Shown: positions 1 to 9,338, counted from the stretch's first letter. The stretch is DNA of 35,545 bases from a virus (IMGVR_UViG_2698536672_000015:1-35545), one strand, 5' to 3'. The notes: generated by a model from the sequence alone, not told the origin. Numbers and translations: made by a program.

Positions 1-1077
<1,077 letters not shown>

Positions 1078-1096
1078 TTACATATTGTTTTCTTAT

Positions 1097-1112
1097 TGTG
1101 ATCAAAAACAAC
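1097..1112. promoter_or_regulatory. Candidate CRP half-site (TGTGA-N6-ACAAC) in the csiD upstream region
   Basis: TGTGA at 1097-1101 lies about 120 nt upstream of the csiD ATG in an AT-rich intergenic region; csiD is known to be cAMP-CRP and sigma-S dependent. The right half-site is a poor match. Confidence 0.3.
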
Positions 1113-1504
1113 AAATTAATAACAAATAATGTGAGGGATAAGAATTGGGTTGAAAGGAAATGAATAATTAAAACAATATATTAAGTGTGCTTATACTCTT
1201 TTTCGAACTGGTGGCATTTGTTTAAATGCTATTTAAACTGCTTTTTCAGAGTTCAACTTACTGAGTTCCGTGTCGACTAATGTGAGTAAGATCAATCGCA
1301 TCCAACCTATGTTACTTGATGGAATCGATAACAATATTAATGAATATACAGATTCCGGGAAGGCTGGCTATGGGGGCAAATTATTCTCTTTCTGGCAACG
1401 GGTAAATAACAGTGACCATTTGTCGAGAAGCTGATACTGAGCTGAGGGATACTGTATATGTCTGGACTGTAATTGGATGAATTCTATTCAGGGCGGGTCA
1501 GGAC

Positions 1505-1533
1505 CAATAAAAAAGCCCGCATCAGCGGGCTTT
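1505..1533 (-). terminator. Rho-independent terminator, minus orientation
   Basis: Inverted repeat AGCCCGC/GCGGGCT with a 4-nt loop; on the minus strand it is followed by TTTTTTATTGG. Confidence 0.55.
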
Positions 1534-1741
1534 AATGTCATAGGGAGTCGCGACTCCGTTGCGTATCCTTTTTTGTCTCCTCACCGTCTGGTCGGTGTCC
1601 TGCTGAGACTTATAACTTCCTGTTTTTGTTGGTGTAGTCCTTACACCGTCCAATCATGATTGGCTGGCGGGAGTTGAACCCGAGTCCGTATTTTTATAAT
1701 TAACTGAATAATAAGTGAAAAATGTTTATTTTATCAATTGC

Positions 1742-1767
1742 GGCTCCTTTGCGGAGCCTTTATTGTC
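1742..1767 (+). terminator. Terminator-like hairpin
   Basis: GGCTCC-tttgc-GGAGCC stem-loop followed by TTTATTG on the plus strand; orientation is uncertain. Confidence 0.35.
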
Positions 1768-1829
1768 ACGCAATTGTCTCATTTGAGATATACACAGTTG
1801 ACTTTAAGAGGATATCACTCTTGCAATTA

Positions 1830-2738
1830 TCATCCTTCTGTTGAAGAAAGATTATGATCTGCTTTATCCAAAAGAGGCTTACCTTGAATCATTTTATCTA
1901 TAATATCATTAGATGGATAAGGTATCCCAAGCTCGACTGTATTAGGATTTGCACGATGTGTTTCAACAAACGAAGAGCCGTTCCATTTTTTTGAAAGATA
2001 AATAATTCCTTCAAATGCCGCAGGATCTTGTTTTTGAGACTCAAGGATCATGTGAAACCCTCTACGTTCAATCCCTTTTAGAAAGCTAGAAAAACACTCT
2101 TTAAGCAATTCGTCATCAAGGTCTTTAAATTTAATTCCTTGAGCCAAAAACTCAAAGTAGTTAAGAATATATAAAAGCCCGTTAATAGCATCCCTGTATT
2201 CGTCAGGGACATTCATGTTTTTATATTCTTCTTTATCTGGATTACAACGCCACTCTGATAGCTCTTGTGGAACGTACCGCATTCCGCGATAGAATTTTGT
2301 GCTGTTTCGTAGCTGCTTTTGATACTCTGGGCTTGTTCGTGTGTTGATTATCATATTCAGAGTATGTGTACGTCGAGCGTTTGCTGCTGATGTAATGCAT
2401 TGAATCCACCATCCCATACCTACAAGCATACCTGTGACCATAATAGAAAGAGATGTTTGATAGCTTGGGGTATATCGGAGAATTGCGTATCCGATCAGGA
2501 CAATTGAATAACAGACAGTGCTGAACATCGGAAGGAACTCGGCAGTGTCTGGATATCTTTTTTTAATAAAACAAAAAATAGTTGATATGGATGCTCCCGC
2601 CCCTGAAGCAACAAGCATCCAATCAAGTATGTCCATCTTAAACGGTAAAGTACCAGGGAAAATGTAAGTGTACATACCTCTTGCCAACATCATGACAGCA
2701 AAAAGAGTACAGCAAATTATAACGATGACTCGAGCCAC
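1830..2738 (-). CDS. Hypothetical membrane protein, 302 aa: four predicted N-terminal TM helices plus a soluble C-terminal domain; AT-rich cargo gene
   Basis: Long ORF with a GTG start; hydrophobic N-terminal segments; a 60-nt sample (2101-2160) has 19 G+C (32%) against about 50% in the phage backbone. No family recognised. Confidence 0.6.
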   Translation of the reverse strand: MARVIVIICCTLFAVMMLARGMYTYIFPGTLPFKMDILDWMLVASGAGASISTIFCFIKKRYPDTAEFLPMFSTVCYSIVLIGYAILRYTPSYQTSLSIMVTGMLVGMGWWIQCITSAANARRTHTLNMIINTRTSPEYQKQLRNSTKFYRGMRYVPQELSEWRCNPDKEEYKNMNVPDEYRDAINGLLYILNYFEFLAQGIKFKDLDDELLKECFSSFLKGIERRGFHMILESQKQDPAAFEGIIYLSKKWNGSSFVETHRANPNTVELGIPYPSNDIIDKMIQGKPLLDKADHNLSSTEG

Positions 2739-2760
2739 TTCTTCTACATCCTATAGCAAA

Positions 2761-2781
2761 AGACCTCCAACTAGGAGGTCT
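2761..2781 (-). terminator. Perfect 8-bp stem hairpin, possible terminator downstream of int
   Basis: AGACCTCC-aacta-GGAGGTCT; on the minus strand it is followed by TTTGCTATAGG. It ends only about 22 nt upstream of the 302-aa gene start. Confidence 0.4.
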
Positions 2782-3122
2782 ATGATTGTACTTAAAATTT
2801 GGGGGGTTAGCCTTCGCCGAAACCTACGCTGACAGCCATTTTCATAAACTCTCTCCGCTTTCTTAACTACTTGAAAATAATAGATTTTAGAATTCTTCTT
2901 TGCTTATGGCACAAAGCATATCAGTTTGTACCTGCTTGTATCAAGTCCTATCTACGTCAAATTACAGTCCTGTTATAAACAATTTGATTAAAAATCAATA
3001 CGTTACGATAAACCAAGGAGTGAATTTATATATCGCTAATTAATGTCGCGTAACTATATGATAATAAATGATAAATTCTCATTTGAATTGATTTCTCCTT
3101 CCTGGTTCTAGGATTAGAGACT

Positions 3123-4313
3123 TCAAGTAGTGAAACCTCTTAATTTAATATTAGATGTTTTTTTACCTGAAGAGTTCCCATCATAGTCTTTCAGATATCG
3201 ACCATAGTGCCTGAAAAGCATCTCCGGCCCTTTATGCCCCATTTGAGCTGCAAGCCAAAACAGGTTTGCTCCTCGGCTGATATGGCTGGTGGCGAATGTA
3301 TGCCTAGTTTGATATGGGTTTCTGTAGCGAATACCTGCTTTTCGCAATGTTGGCACCCATGCTTTTTTCCTGATTGCATCAGCACTTGCCCAGGGCTTAT
3401 TGGTCTTTGGATCTTCAAAGACAGTAGCATCCTTCATGAATGTAAATGGCTTCTGATTTATCAGCGCCAACATTGCCTCTTCTGTCAGTTCAACTTTACG
3501 AGTACCTGCTTTTGTCTTTGTCCCTTTGATAACACCAACAACACTTGCGCTCTGGACATGGGCAGTTTTCCCAACAAAGTCGATATCACGCCATCGAAGG
3601 GCACATAATTCAGAACTACGCAGGCCTGTATGTATGGCGAACTGGAACAGATTCTCCCATTGTTTGTTTCCAGCGGCCGCTAGTAATGCATCAACTTCTG
3701 CTGGTGATAGCGGATCAACCACGTAGCTGCTTTCTGCTTCTGACTTATCACTTTGGTAGCGTGAAGCAGTTACTAACGATACGGGGTTAATTTGAAGTAC
3801 CCCATCGGTTACGGCTTCATCAAGTGCTGACCGCAGGAAAGATAACTGGTTGCGAATTGTTTTTAAGGTCGTTTTCTGGCTTTGAATCCACGCTTTCAGG
3901 GTTGCTGGTGTCAATTCACTTGCAGGGCAAATGTGAAGTGAGGCTAACGCACTACGGCATTTTTTATAACCACCAATCGTGGATGGTGAAAGTTTCCTCG
4001 TTTCGCAAATTTCAATATATTCGTCCAGGTACATTTTTACCGTTTTGCCTGCGGCAGCATTACCAAAAATTTTCAAACGAGCAGAACGGGGAAAATATTC
4101 CGCATAAATGAATGTTCCCCTTTCGATCTTATTATGAATTTCGCCGAGTGTACGCTCGGCGTATTTAATGTTCTTTGGAGTTACTTCCAGATTGGAAAGT
4201 GGCTCACGACATTTAACTCCTTTGTAGGTGAAAGTTATATTGATCGTTTCGCCCTGGCGGTGTTTCCTGATTGTTACGCCGCGCGGTAGTTTGAGCAGTT
4301 TTGTCTGGCCCAT
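3123..4313 (-). CDS. int: Phage integrase, tyrosine recombinase with N-terminal arm-binding domain, 396 aa
   Basis: Catalytic-domain motifs HTGLRSSEL and RHTFATS...HYGRY (R, HxxR, Y) in the translation; typical position at the prophage end, overlapping xis. Confidence 0.9.
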   Translation of the reverse strand: MGQTKLLKLPRGVTIRKHRQGETINITFTYKGVKCREPLSNLEVTPKNIKYAERTLGEIHNKIERGTFIYAEYFPRSARLKIFGNAAAGKTVKMYLDEYIEICETRKLSPSTIGGYKKCRSALASLHICPASELTPATLKAWIQSQKTTLKTIRNQLSFLRSALDEAVTDGVLQINPVSLVTASRYQSDKSEAESSYVVDPLSPAEVDALLAAAGNKQWENLFQFAIHTGLRSSELCALRWRDIDFVGKTAHVQSASVVGVIKGTKTKAGTRKVELTEEAMLALINQKPFTFMKDATVFEDPKTNKPWASADAIRKKAWVPTLRKAGIRYRNPYQTRHTFATSHISRGANLFWLAAQMGHKGPEMLFRHYGRYLKDYDGNSSGKKTSNIKLRGFTT

Positions 4314-4480
4314 TTTGCAACCTCACTAAGATCAATCCACCTCTCCTTAACGCCTTCAACCTTTAAAACCTGAACGCCTTCACGCCAAACACCGCGCTGT
4401 ACACGTTTATTTATTGCTTCAGGAGTTTCGCCAGTTTCTTTGCAATAAGTTGAGATAGGAACACAATCGAGGTTCAGCAT
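4274..4480 (-). CDS. xis: Excisionase-like protein
   Basis: Small basic ORF immediately upstream of int and overlapping it by 40 bp; start placed at the ATG at 4480 (MLNLD...) which has a GGAG RBS 6 nt upstream, rather than the GTG at 4492. Confidence 0.6.
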   Translation of the reverse strand: MLNLDCVPISTYCKETGETPEAINKRVQRGVWREGVQVLKVEGVKERWIDLSEVAKWARQNCSNYRAA

Positions 4481-4539
4481 ATGTTTCTCCACTTAACCCG
4501 CTGCACACGGGCAGTAATATCAAATTCCAGTTCTGATAA

Positions 4540-4755
4540 TTAATTTTGTTCTCTGGTTGCTACCTGTTTTATTGGCATGATGCTGTCCAGGAGCAGACGG
4601 CGACGCATGTTTGGCGCACCCCAACGGTAACCAGTCTTTTTGTCGTAGGATTCACAACGTCCGGCAACCCAGGACGTTTCAGTGGAATGTAATTTCATCC
4701 GCTTTTCACCGTCTCGGGTGATAACAATTCCTGTATGAGTTTTTATCACGCTCAT
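4540..4755 (-). CDS. Hypothetical small phage protein, 71 aa
   Basis: ATGA start/stop overlap with the upstream gene (translational coupling). Confidence 0.5.
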   Translation of the reverse strand: MSVIKTHTGIVITRDGEKRMKLHSTETSWVAGRCESYDKKTGYRWGAPNMRRRLLLDSIMPIKQVATREQN

Positions 4756-5114
4756 TTCTTAGTCTCCGGTGCTTTCGGCATTACTGCCCAGTGAGTGATA
4801 TTGACGTTTTCAAGGTCCCCGACCTGAAATGTCCACTGCCATTCTCCGGTTTCTTTTTGCCCCCATGTGTACCAGAGAGAACGCCAGCCAATCAGCCAGC
4901 CTTCTCCATTAGCATCAAATAACAGAACACTTTCATTTGCTGGCGGCAGTTCAGCTGACACGGGTATTACTTTGTTTTCCAGTGCTGCACATTTAGCTTC
5001 AAGCGCATCAAATTTACGCACCAGGTATTCAGCATCTGTTTCATTCACTTTCAGATCTCGCGGTACACATCTCCCACGAAGAAACCCTTCCATTTCGAAA
5101 ACATTCATGCGCAT
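4752..5114 (-). CDS. DUF551-like phage protein (YfdS-like), 120 aa
   Basis: C-terminal motif NITHWAVMPKAPE resembles the DUF551 signature as I remember it; same length as E. coli CPS-53 YfdS. Confidence 0.55.
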   Translation of the reverse strand: MRMNVFEMEGFLRGRCVPRDLKVNETDAEYLVRKFDALEAKCAALENKVIPVSAELPPANESVLLFDANGEGWLIGWRSLWYTWGQKETGEWQWTFQVGDLENVNITHWAVMPKAPETKK

Positions 5115-5641
5115 TTGCGTAACTCCGATAACTCGTTAAAACGTTCCATAAACATCCCGTAGGCATGGCCCGGTGCCTGTGGAATCACTTTGAACATCTC
5201 TGTTGCCGGGATGCCTTCCAGTACAGGCCAGAAAGAGCCATCATCAAGTCCGAGATCGCGGCGTTCGGTTGCCAGCATAATGAGATCGGCATATTTCACT
5301 GGCGTGCTCATAACAGGAGGTAACCCGTATTTCTCACGGATTACGGCGTCTATTTTTTCTTCCATCCGTTTATAGTCAGGAAGAAGTCGTTTCAGTGGTG
5401 CGGGGATGTCCTGGCAATACGCTTCTGTTGCATCATGCATTAACGCTTCAAAAGCAAATTCCTGCGGCACCAGTTGGCTGCAAAGCACTGCATGCTGGGC
5501 GACACTGTAGAAGTGTGAAAGATGTCCTGCAAAGCGACAGATATTTGAAAGGGAAACCGCGATATCGTTAATCACGATGTCGTCTTTATTTATCTTGTCA
5601 TAATAAAAATGCTTCCCGGAAAAAGTTTTAATAAATGACAT
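5105..5641 (-). CDS. HD-domain phosphohydrolase (YfdR-like), 178 aa
   Basis: H...HD motif (HAVLCSQ...LMHDATEAY); start placed at the internal ATG at 5641, which has a GGAGA RBS, rather than the GTG at 5668. Confidence 0.7.
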   Translation of the reverse strand: MSFIKTFSGKHFYYDKINKDDIVINDIAVSLSNICRFAGHLSHFYSVAQHAVLCSQLVPQEFAFEALMHDATEAYCQDIPAPLKRLLPDYKRMEEKIDAVIREKYGLPPVMSTPVKYADLIMLATERRDLGLDDGSFWPVLEGIPATEMFKVIPQAPGHAYGMFMERFNELSELRKCA

Positions 5642-5768
5642 TTTGTTCTCCACGTATATGCGCTGCACCGCGCTGAATTTTGGTTAAAGAAAACCCTCGC
5701 CATCAGGCGATTATTGAGTCAATTATGTTTCCATAAATGCCCCCGCAGGGGCATTTGCAGTAAGGAAA

Positions 5769-6593
5769 TCAGGCGGTAAAAGTACCAATAAAGGTTTCTA
5801 CTTTGCTGTCTTTGAATTTCTCAACAAGCAGATCACGAAATTCGTTAGCCATTTCTTCCTGCACTGCTTCCAGCTGAATAATGCGCAGAACCAGTACAGG
5901 ACGATCGCCAGTGATAATGCTGAGGCGTAATTTAAACGGACGTTCTTGCAGGCCTTCAAACGGAACGCATTTAAATTCAAATGCCACTGGCATAATGTCT
6001 TTGGTCTTCGCTTCGACAGATTCCATCAGGGAGCGTTTGCCGCTGAAGTCATTATCTTCAAAATCAGCGGTCTGGTTTGCTTCAATCGTGATTTTACGGA
6101 CTGCCGCAGCCGCTTTTGTTGCCTGAATGGCGTCACCATTAGCATCAAAGCCCACAAGGTAGTCGGCCCAGTCTTCAATCCATTCTGCCAGTGACTTCTG
6201 GGAGTTACGCTCGCCGTTAACAGACAACAGGGCAGAGAACGGTGCTGTCTTTTTCAGTTTGAGAGTGGCGGTGTTATCTGCGTGACCTGGTTCATCAATA
6301 GTACCCAGGTTAAGCACACTGACGGCACGCATATTATCAGCATCGATAAAGCAGCGGGTGCCTTCATCTGCAAGATCTTTAGAATAACGGGTAAAATCAT
6401 CGATGCTGGCAGTGGAAAGCGCGCCACGGAAACGGAAGCGATTTAAATTAAATTTTTCCAGATCATGAATGCGGAAATTCTCAGGCAATGCCACAGCATC
6501 GGCACCAATCTTACTGATAATTTCATTAACACCCTGAGCAGAAATAAGGGCATGGATTTGATTAATTGCGGTTGCGTCTAAGTTCTGAGACAT
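5769..6593 (-). CDS. DUF2303 family protein (YfdQ-like), 274 aa
   Basis: Length and sequence are reminiscent of the CPS-53 prophage YfdQ; ATG with a GAGGA RBS. Confidence 0.6.
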   Translation of the reverse strand: MSQNLDATAINQIHALISAQGVNEIISKIGADAVALPENFRIHDLEKFNLNRFRFRGALSTASIDDFTRYSKDLADEGTRCFIDADNMRAVSVLNLGTIDEPGHADNTATLKLKKTAPFSALLSVNGERNSQKSLAEWIEDWADYLVGFDANGDAIQATKAAAAVRKITIEANQTADFEDNDFSGKRSLMESVEAKTKDIMPVAFEFKCVPFEGLQERPFKLRLSIITGDRPVLVLRIIQLEAVQEEMANEFRDLLVEKFKDSKVETFIGTFTA

Positions 6594-6658
6594 AATAAGT
6601 CCTCACTATATAAAGATATTCAGTGATGAGATAAATAATCAGTTAATTAAGAACGATA

Positions 6659-7021
6659 TTAATGACCTGCTGCGCGTAGTTTTCCGTCAGGTTCACCGGC
6701 AAGAGTCAGTAATTGTCCCTGGTCTTCCTGCAGAATAGTCAGGCGACCACCGCGATTGACATACATCGGCGTTTCGGTGGTGTCTTCTTCGGAAATTTTC
6801 CCGCGGTTAGTCGGGCGAACATATGAGAGTTTGTGTTTGATTTTCACACGGTTCTCATCAAATGGTTCGATTTCCAGGTTGAGTGAGACCTTACCTTTGG
6901 TTTTCGTGTTCATCACACCGGAAGCGACTTCACTGAGAACTGCGCCGATTTTGGTTTCAAATACGCCGCCGTCCAGCTCCCCGATAAATGCCTGCACATC
7001 AGTACTGCGTTCGCTAGCCAT
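6659..7021 (-). CDS. YfdP-like phage protein, 120 aa
   Basis: Start placed at the internal ATG at 7021 (MASERS...) with a GAGGAG RBS; the longer 182-aa reading has an implausible Cys/Arg-rich N-terminus. Confidence 0.55.
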   Translation of the reverse strand: MASERSTDVQAFIGELDGGVFETKIGAVLSEVASGVMNTKTKGKVSLNLEIEPFDENRVKIKHKLSYVRPTNRGKISEEDTTETPMYVNRGGRLTILQEDQGQLLTLAGEPDGKLRAAGH

Positions 7022-7629
7022 TTTGCTGCTCCTCATCATATCGACCCTGCAAGGTCGGTTAGTTTCTCCACAAAACAGAGAAGAACACCTGCGGTGGCAG
7101 CCGCCCGGATGGATTGGGTTATGAGCCCGTCGTCCGGTGATGCTCTTCTCTGTTTTGTAAAAAGAGCGGTACCAGCCGGAAGTAAGTGTACAAACTGGTA
7201 CCGCCAAAGCAGTGGCTGTTGTGGTGACCGGTGCTGATCTCCGGCTTGCGGTTATTTCAGACTCTCACGGGCATTTAATTGCCCCGCCGAACAGCTCTTT
7301 TCCGCAATAGCTGCAATGTCTTTCGCGCATCAGCCTGCGCATTCACCACAACGCTGAGAGCACTTAGCCAGTTACGGCACCACACTTTGTCGCGGTTCCA
7401 TAAATGCCCTCATCGTTGCACCCTGGTCTCTTCCCAGGCGTCAAACCGGATCGCCACGCTGGTTAGGCGTCTTATCAGCATCATCATTGACTTGCACATT
7501 CCGGCTACCTGGTTTGTTTGCCCGAGCAAGGAGTGGATTGTCCCCTTTAACGTCCCCAGACCGCTAACGACGCATGTGCCATACGCCGTGTTACAACCAA
7601 ATTTTGTTAGTACCTTGTTTGTTGGTCTG

Positions 7630-7690
7630 GAAAGAAAGATAAAATGAAGTTGCGCACTATGCAAGTGTTTTTGTTGCGAGATATGCAATT
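7630..7690 (-). promoter_or_regulatory. Candidate leftward early promoter (pL-like) with two operator-like sites
   Basis: On the minus strand: -35 TTGCAT (7664-7659), 16-nt spacer, -10 TATCTT (7642-7637). Two 15-bp TTGC-N7-GCAA sites at 7650-7664 and 7672-7686 resemble sites in the cI/cro intergenic region. Confidence 0.4.
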
Positions 7691-7696
7691 TTATGG

Positions 7697-7723
7697 GAAA
7701 TGAAAAGCCACCTTCGGGTGGCT
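7697..7723 (-). terminator. Rho-independent terminator downstream of the cI gene
   Basis: AGCCACC-ttcg-GGTGGCT stem-loop, followed on the minus strand by TTTCATTTCC; 20 nt after the cI stop. Confidence 0.55.
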
Positions 7724-7743
7724 AATTGATGAGGAGGTAAGGG

Positions 7744-8436
7744 TTAATTGTGTCGCTTAAGGGTTTGTGACTGGCTGATTAAGACCTTTCCAAAGACCAT
7801 AAACCGGTGTTCATTTTCGCTGGTAATTCCCCATTCACGGTAAATCTGGTTATCAGAAATCACCAGTAGTTTGTCAGGTATCATTTGCAGTCGTTTAACA
7901 TAAATTTTATCATCAAAACCAAATACATAGATACCATCTCCATCAAACTGATTGATACTGACATCAACGAAGATGAGATCTCCTGGCTCAATGGTTGGAC
8001 ACATACTGTCCCCACGAACGTTGATAACTTTAATGTGATTGGCTGGTCGTCCGCCAAACATCGATACAGCATTATCAGTTCTGTATTCAATGGCATGAAT
8101 CACATCAATGACATCACCGCCCTGGATAAGGCCATTTCCCGCACTGGCACTGACATCCAGCATTTCAATACGGAATACATCCTTCACCTGCGCAACATCC
8201 TCACTAATACTGTTTTTACATACAGTATTACTTTTGAAGTCTGAGGTAAAGAGATCAGCAATATCAACACCTAAGCTCCTGGCAATATTACTCAGAGCTT
8301 GTTCAGTGAATTGTTTCTGCTTACCTGTTTCCAGGCGCGAAATATTCGCCGCATCCACTCCTATTGCTTCAGCGAGATCGGCGATTTTCATGTTCTTCGC
8401 CTGGCGAAGTTGTCTGACTCGATTTCCTATGTTCAT
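7744..8436 (-). CDS. cI: CI-like prophage repressor: N-terminal HTH plus C-terminal S24 LexA-like peptidase domain, 230 aa
   Basis: HTH segment IADLAEAIGVDAANISRLETG; Ala-Gly (SASAGNG) candidate cleavage site; catalytic Ser (GDSM) and Lys (VKRL); divergent from the cro-like gene. Confidence 0.85.
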   Translation of the reverse strand: MNIGNRVRQLRQAKNMKIADLAEAIGVDAANISRLETGKQKQFTEQALSNIARSLGVDIADLFTSDFKSNTVCKNSISEDVAQVKDVFRIEMLDVSASAGNGLIQGGDVIDVIHAIEYRTDNAVSMFGGRPANHIKVINVRGDSMCPTIEPGDLIFVDVSINQFDGDGIYVFGFDDKIYVKRLQMIPDKLLVISDNQIYREWGITSENEHRFMVFGKVLISQSQTLKRHN

Positions 8437-8533
8437 GCGTTTATTACATTTCTTTATTGCGCGTTAAGCAAATCAACTTGCGCAAAATATTTGCGTGAAA
8501 TAATATGCTCATCACGCAATATGTGGAGGTTAT
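8437..8533. promoter_or_regulatory. Immunity-region operator/promoter region between cI and cro
   Basis: Divergent intergenic region with repeated TTGCG(C/T)G half-sites at 8457, 8478 and 8492 and CACGCAA at 8514; TTGCGCGTTAAGCAA has TTGC-N7-GCAA symmetry; CGCAAA-ata-TTTGCG is a perfect inverted repeat. Confidence 0.55.
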
Positions 8534-8794
8534 ATGCAATCACCATTACGAAATGTGCGTAAGGCGCACGGGCTTACTTTGCAGCATGTTGCTGCGGGCG
8601 TTCAGGTTAATCCAGCAACGCTGAGTCGTATTGAGAGACTGGAACAAATTCCATCTATCGATCTTGCAGAGCGTCTGGCCAATTTTTTTAAGGGAGAAAT
8701 CAGCGAAATGCAGATTCTCTATCCTGCACGCTTTCAATCTAGTCAAAACCGGAATGAGTTAAAACCACAGGAACAGGAGGTAAGCCGTGGGTAA
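8534..8794 (+). CDS. cro: Cro-like HTH regulator (XRE family), 86 aa
   Basis: HTH segment LTLQHVAAGVQVNPATLSRIE; GGAGG RBS; divergent from cI. Confidence 0.6.
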   Translation: MQSPLRNVRKAHGLTLQHVAAGVQVNPATLSRIERLEQIPSIDLAERLANFFKGEISEMQILYPARFQSSQNRNELKPQEQEVSRG

Positions 8795-9338
8795 GCATCA
8801 CTGGAAAGTGGAAAAACAACCTGAGTGGTACGTGAAAGCTATCAGAAAAACTATCGCGGCATTGCCAGGTGGTTACGCTGAAGCTGCTGACTGGCTGGAT
8901 GTAACAGAGAACGCATTATTTAACCGCCTTCGTGCCGATGGCGATCAGTTTTTTCCGTTGGGATGGGCAATGGTTTTACAGCGTGCGGCTGGTACTCACC
9001 ACATTGCGGATGCTGTCGCACAGTCTGCTGGTGGGGTGTTTGTATCACTTCCAGAAATTGAGGAAGTAGAGAACGCTGATATCAACCAACGTCTACTGGA
9101 AGTTATTGAACAGATCGGGAGTTACTCAAAGCAGATTCGTTCGGCAATCGAAGACGGGGTAGTGGAGCCACATGAGCAGACAGCAATTAATGATGAGTTG
9201 TATCTGTCGATTTCGAAGCTCCAGGAACATGCGGCACTGGTCTACAAAATTTTCTGCGTTCCAGAAAAGAGTGACGCCCGCGAGTGTGCAGCTCCGGGCG
9301 TCGTGGCGTTTTGTGTCTGTGGAGAAACTAACGCATGA
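8787..9338 (+). CDS. Putative CII-analogue regulatory protein, possibly YdaT-like, 183 aa
   Basis: Position immediately after cro; family assignment is from memory of the cro-like/YdaT gene pairs in lambdoid prophages and is not verified. Confidence 0.35.
   Translation: MGKHHWKVEKQPEWYVKAIRKTIAALPGGYAEAADWLDVTENALFNRLRADGDQFFPLGWAMVLQRAAGTHHIADAVAQSAGGVFVSLPEIEEVENADINQRLLEVIEQIGSYSKQIRSAIEDGVVEPHEQTAINDELYLSISKLQEHAALVYKIFCVPEKSDARECAAPGVVAFCVCGETNA

Noticed and set aside
1477-1659. 60-aa plus-strand ORF upstream of csiD
   Set aside because: Spans a terminator hairpin and has no RBS; likely noncoding.
1650-1700. tRNA-like T-arm motif on the minus strand (TTCAACT loop with CGGG/CCCG stems), considered as a tRNA gene or att core
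   Set aside because: No encoded CCA end, no D-arm or anticodon arm; the 5' side is AT-rich filler. At most a degenerate fragment, so not called as a tRNA.
3191-4111. Several 66-133 aa ORFs on both strands overlapping the integrase gene
   Set aside because: Overlap a well-supported integrase ORF; Cys/His-rich odd compositions typical of shadow frames.
7279-7688. 122-aa plus-strand and 92-aa minus-strand ORFs in the region to the left of cI
   Set aside because: The minus ORF would start upstream of the predicted pL -10; both have odd composition and no RBS; the region is treated as a noncoding leader.
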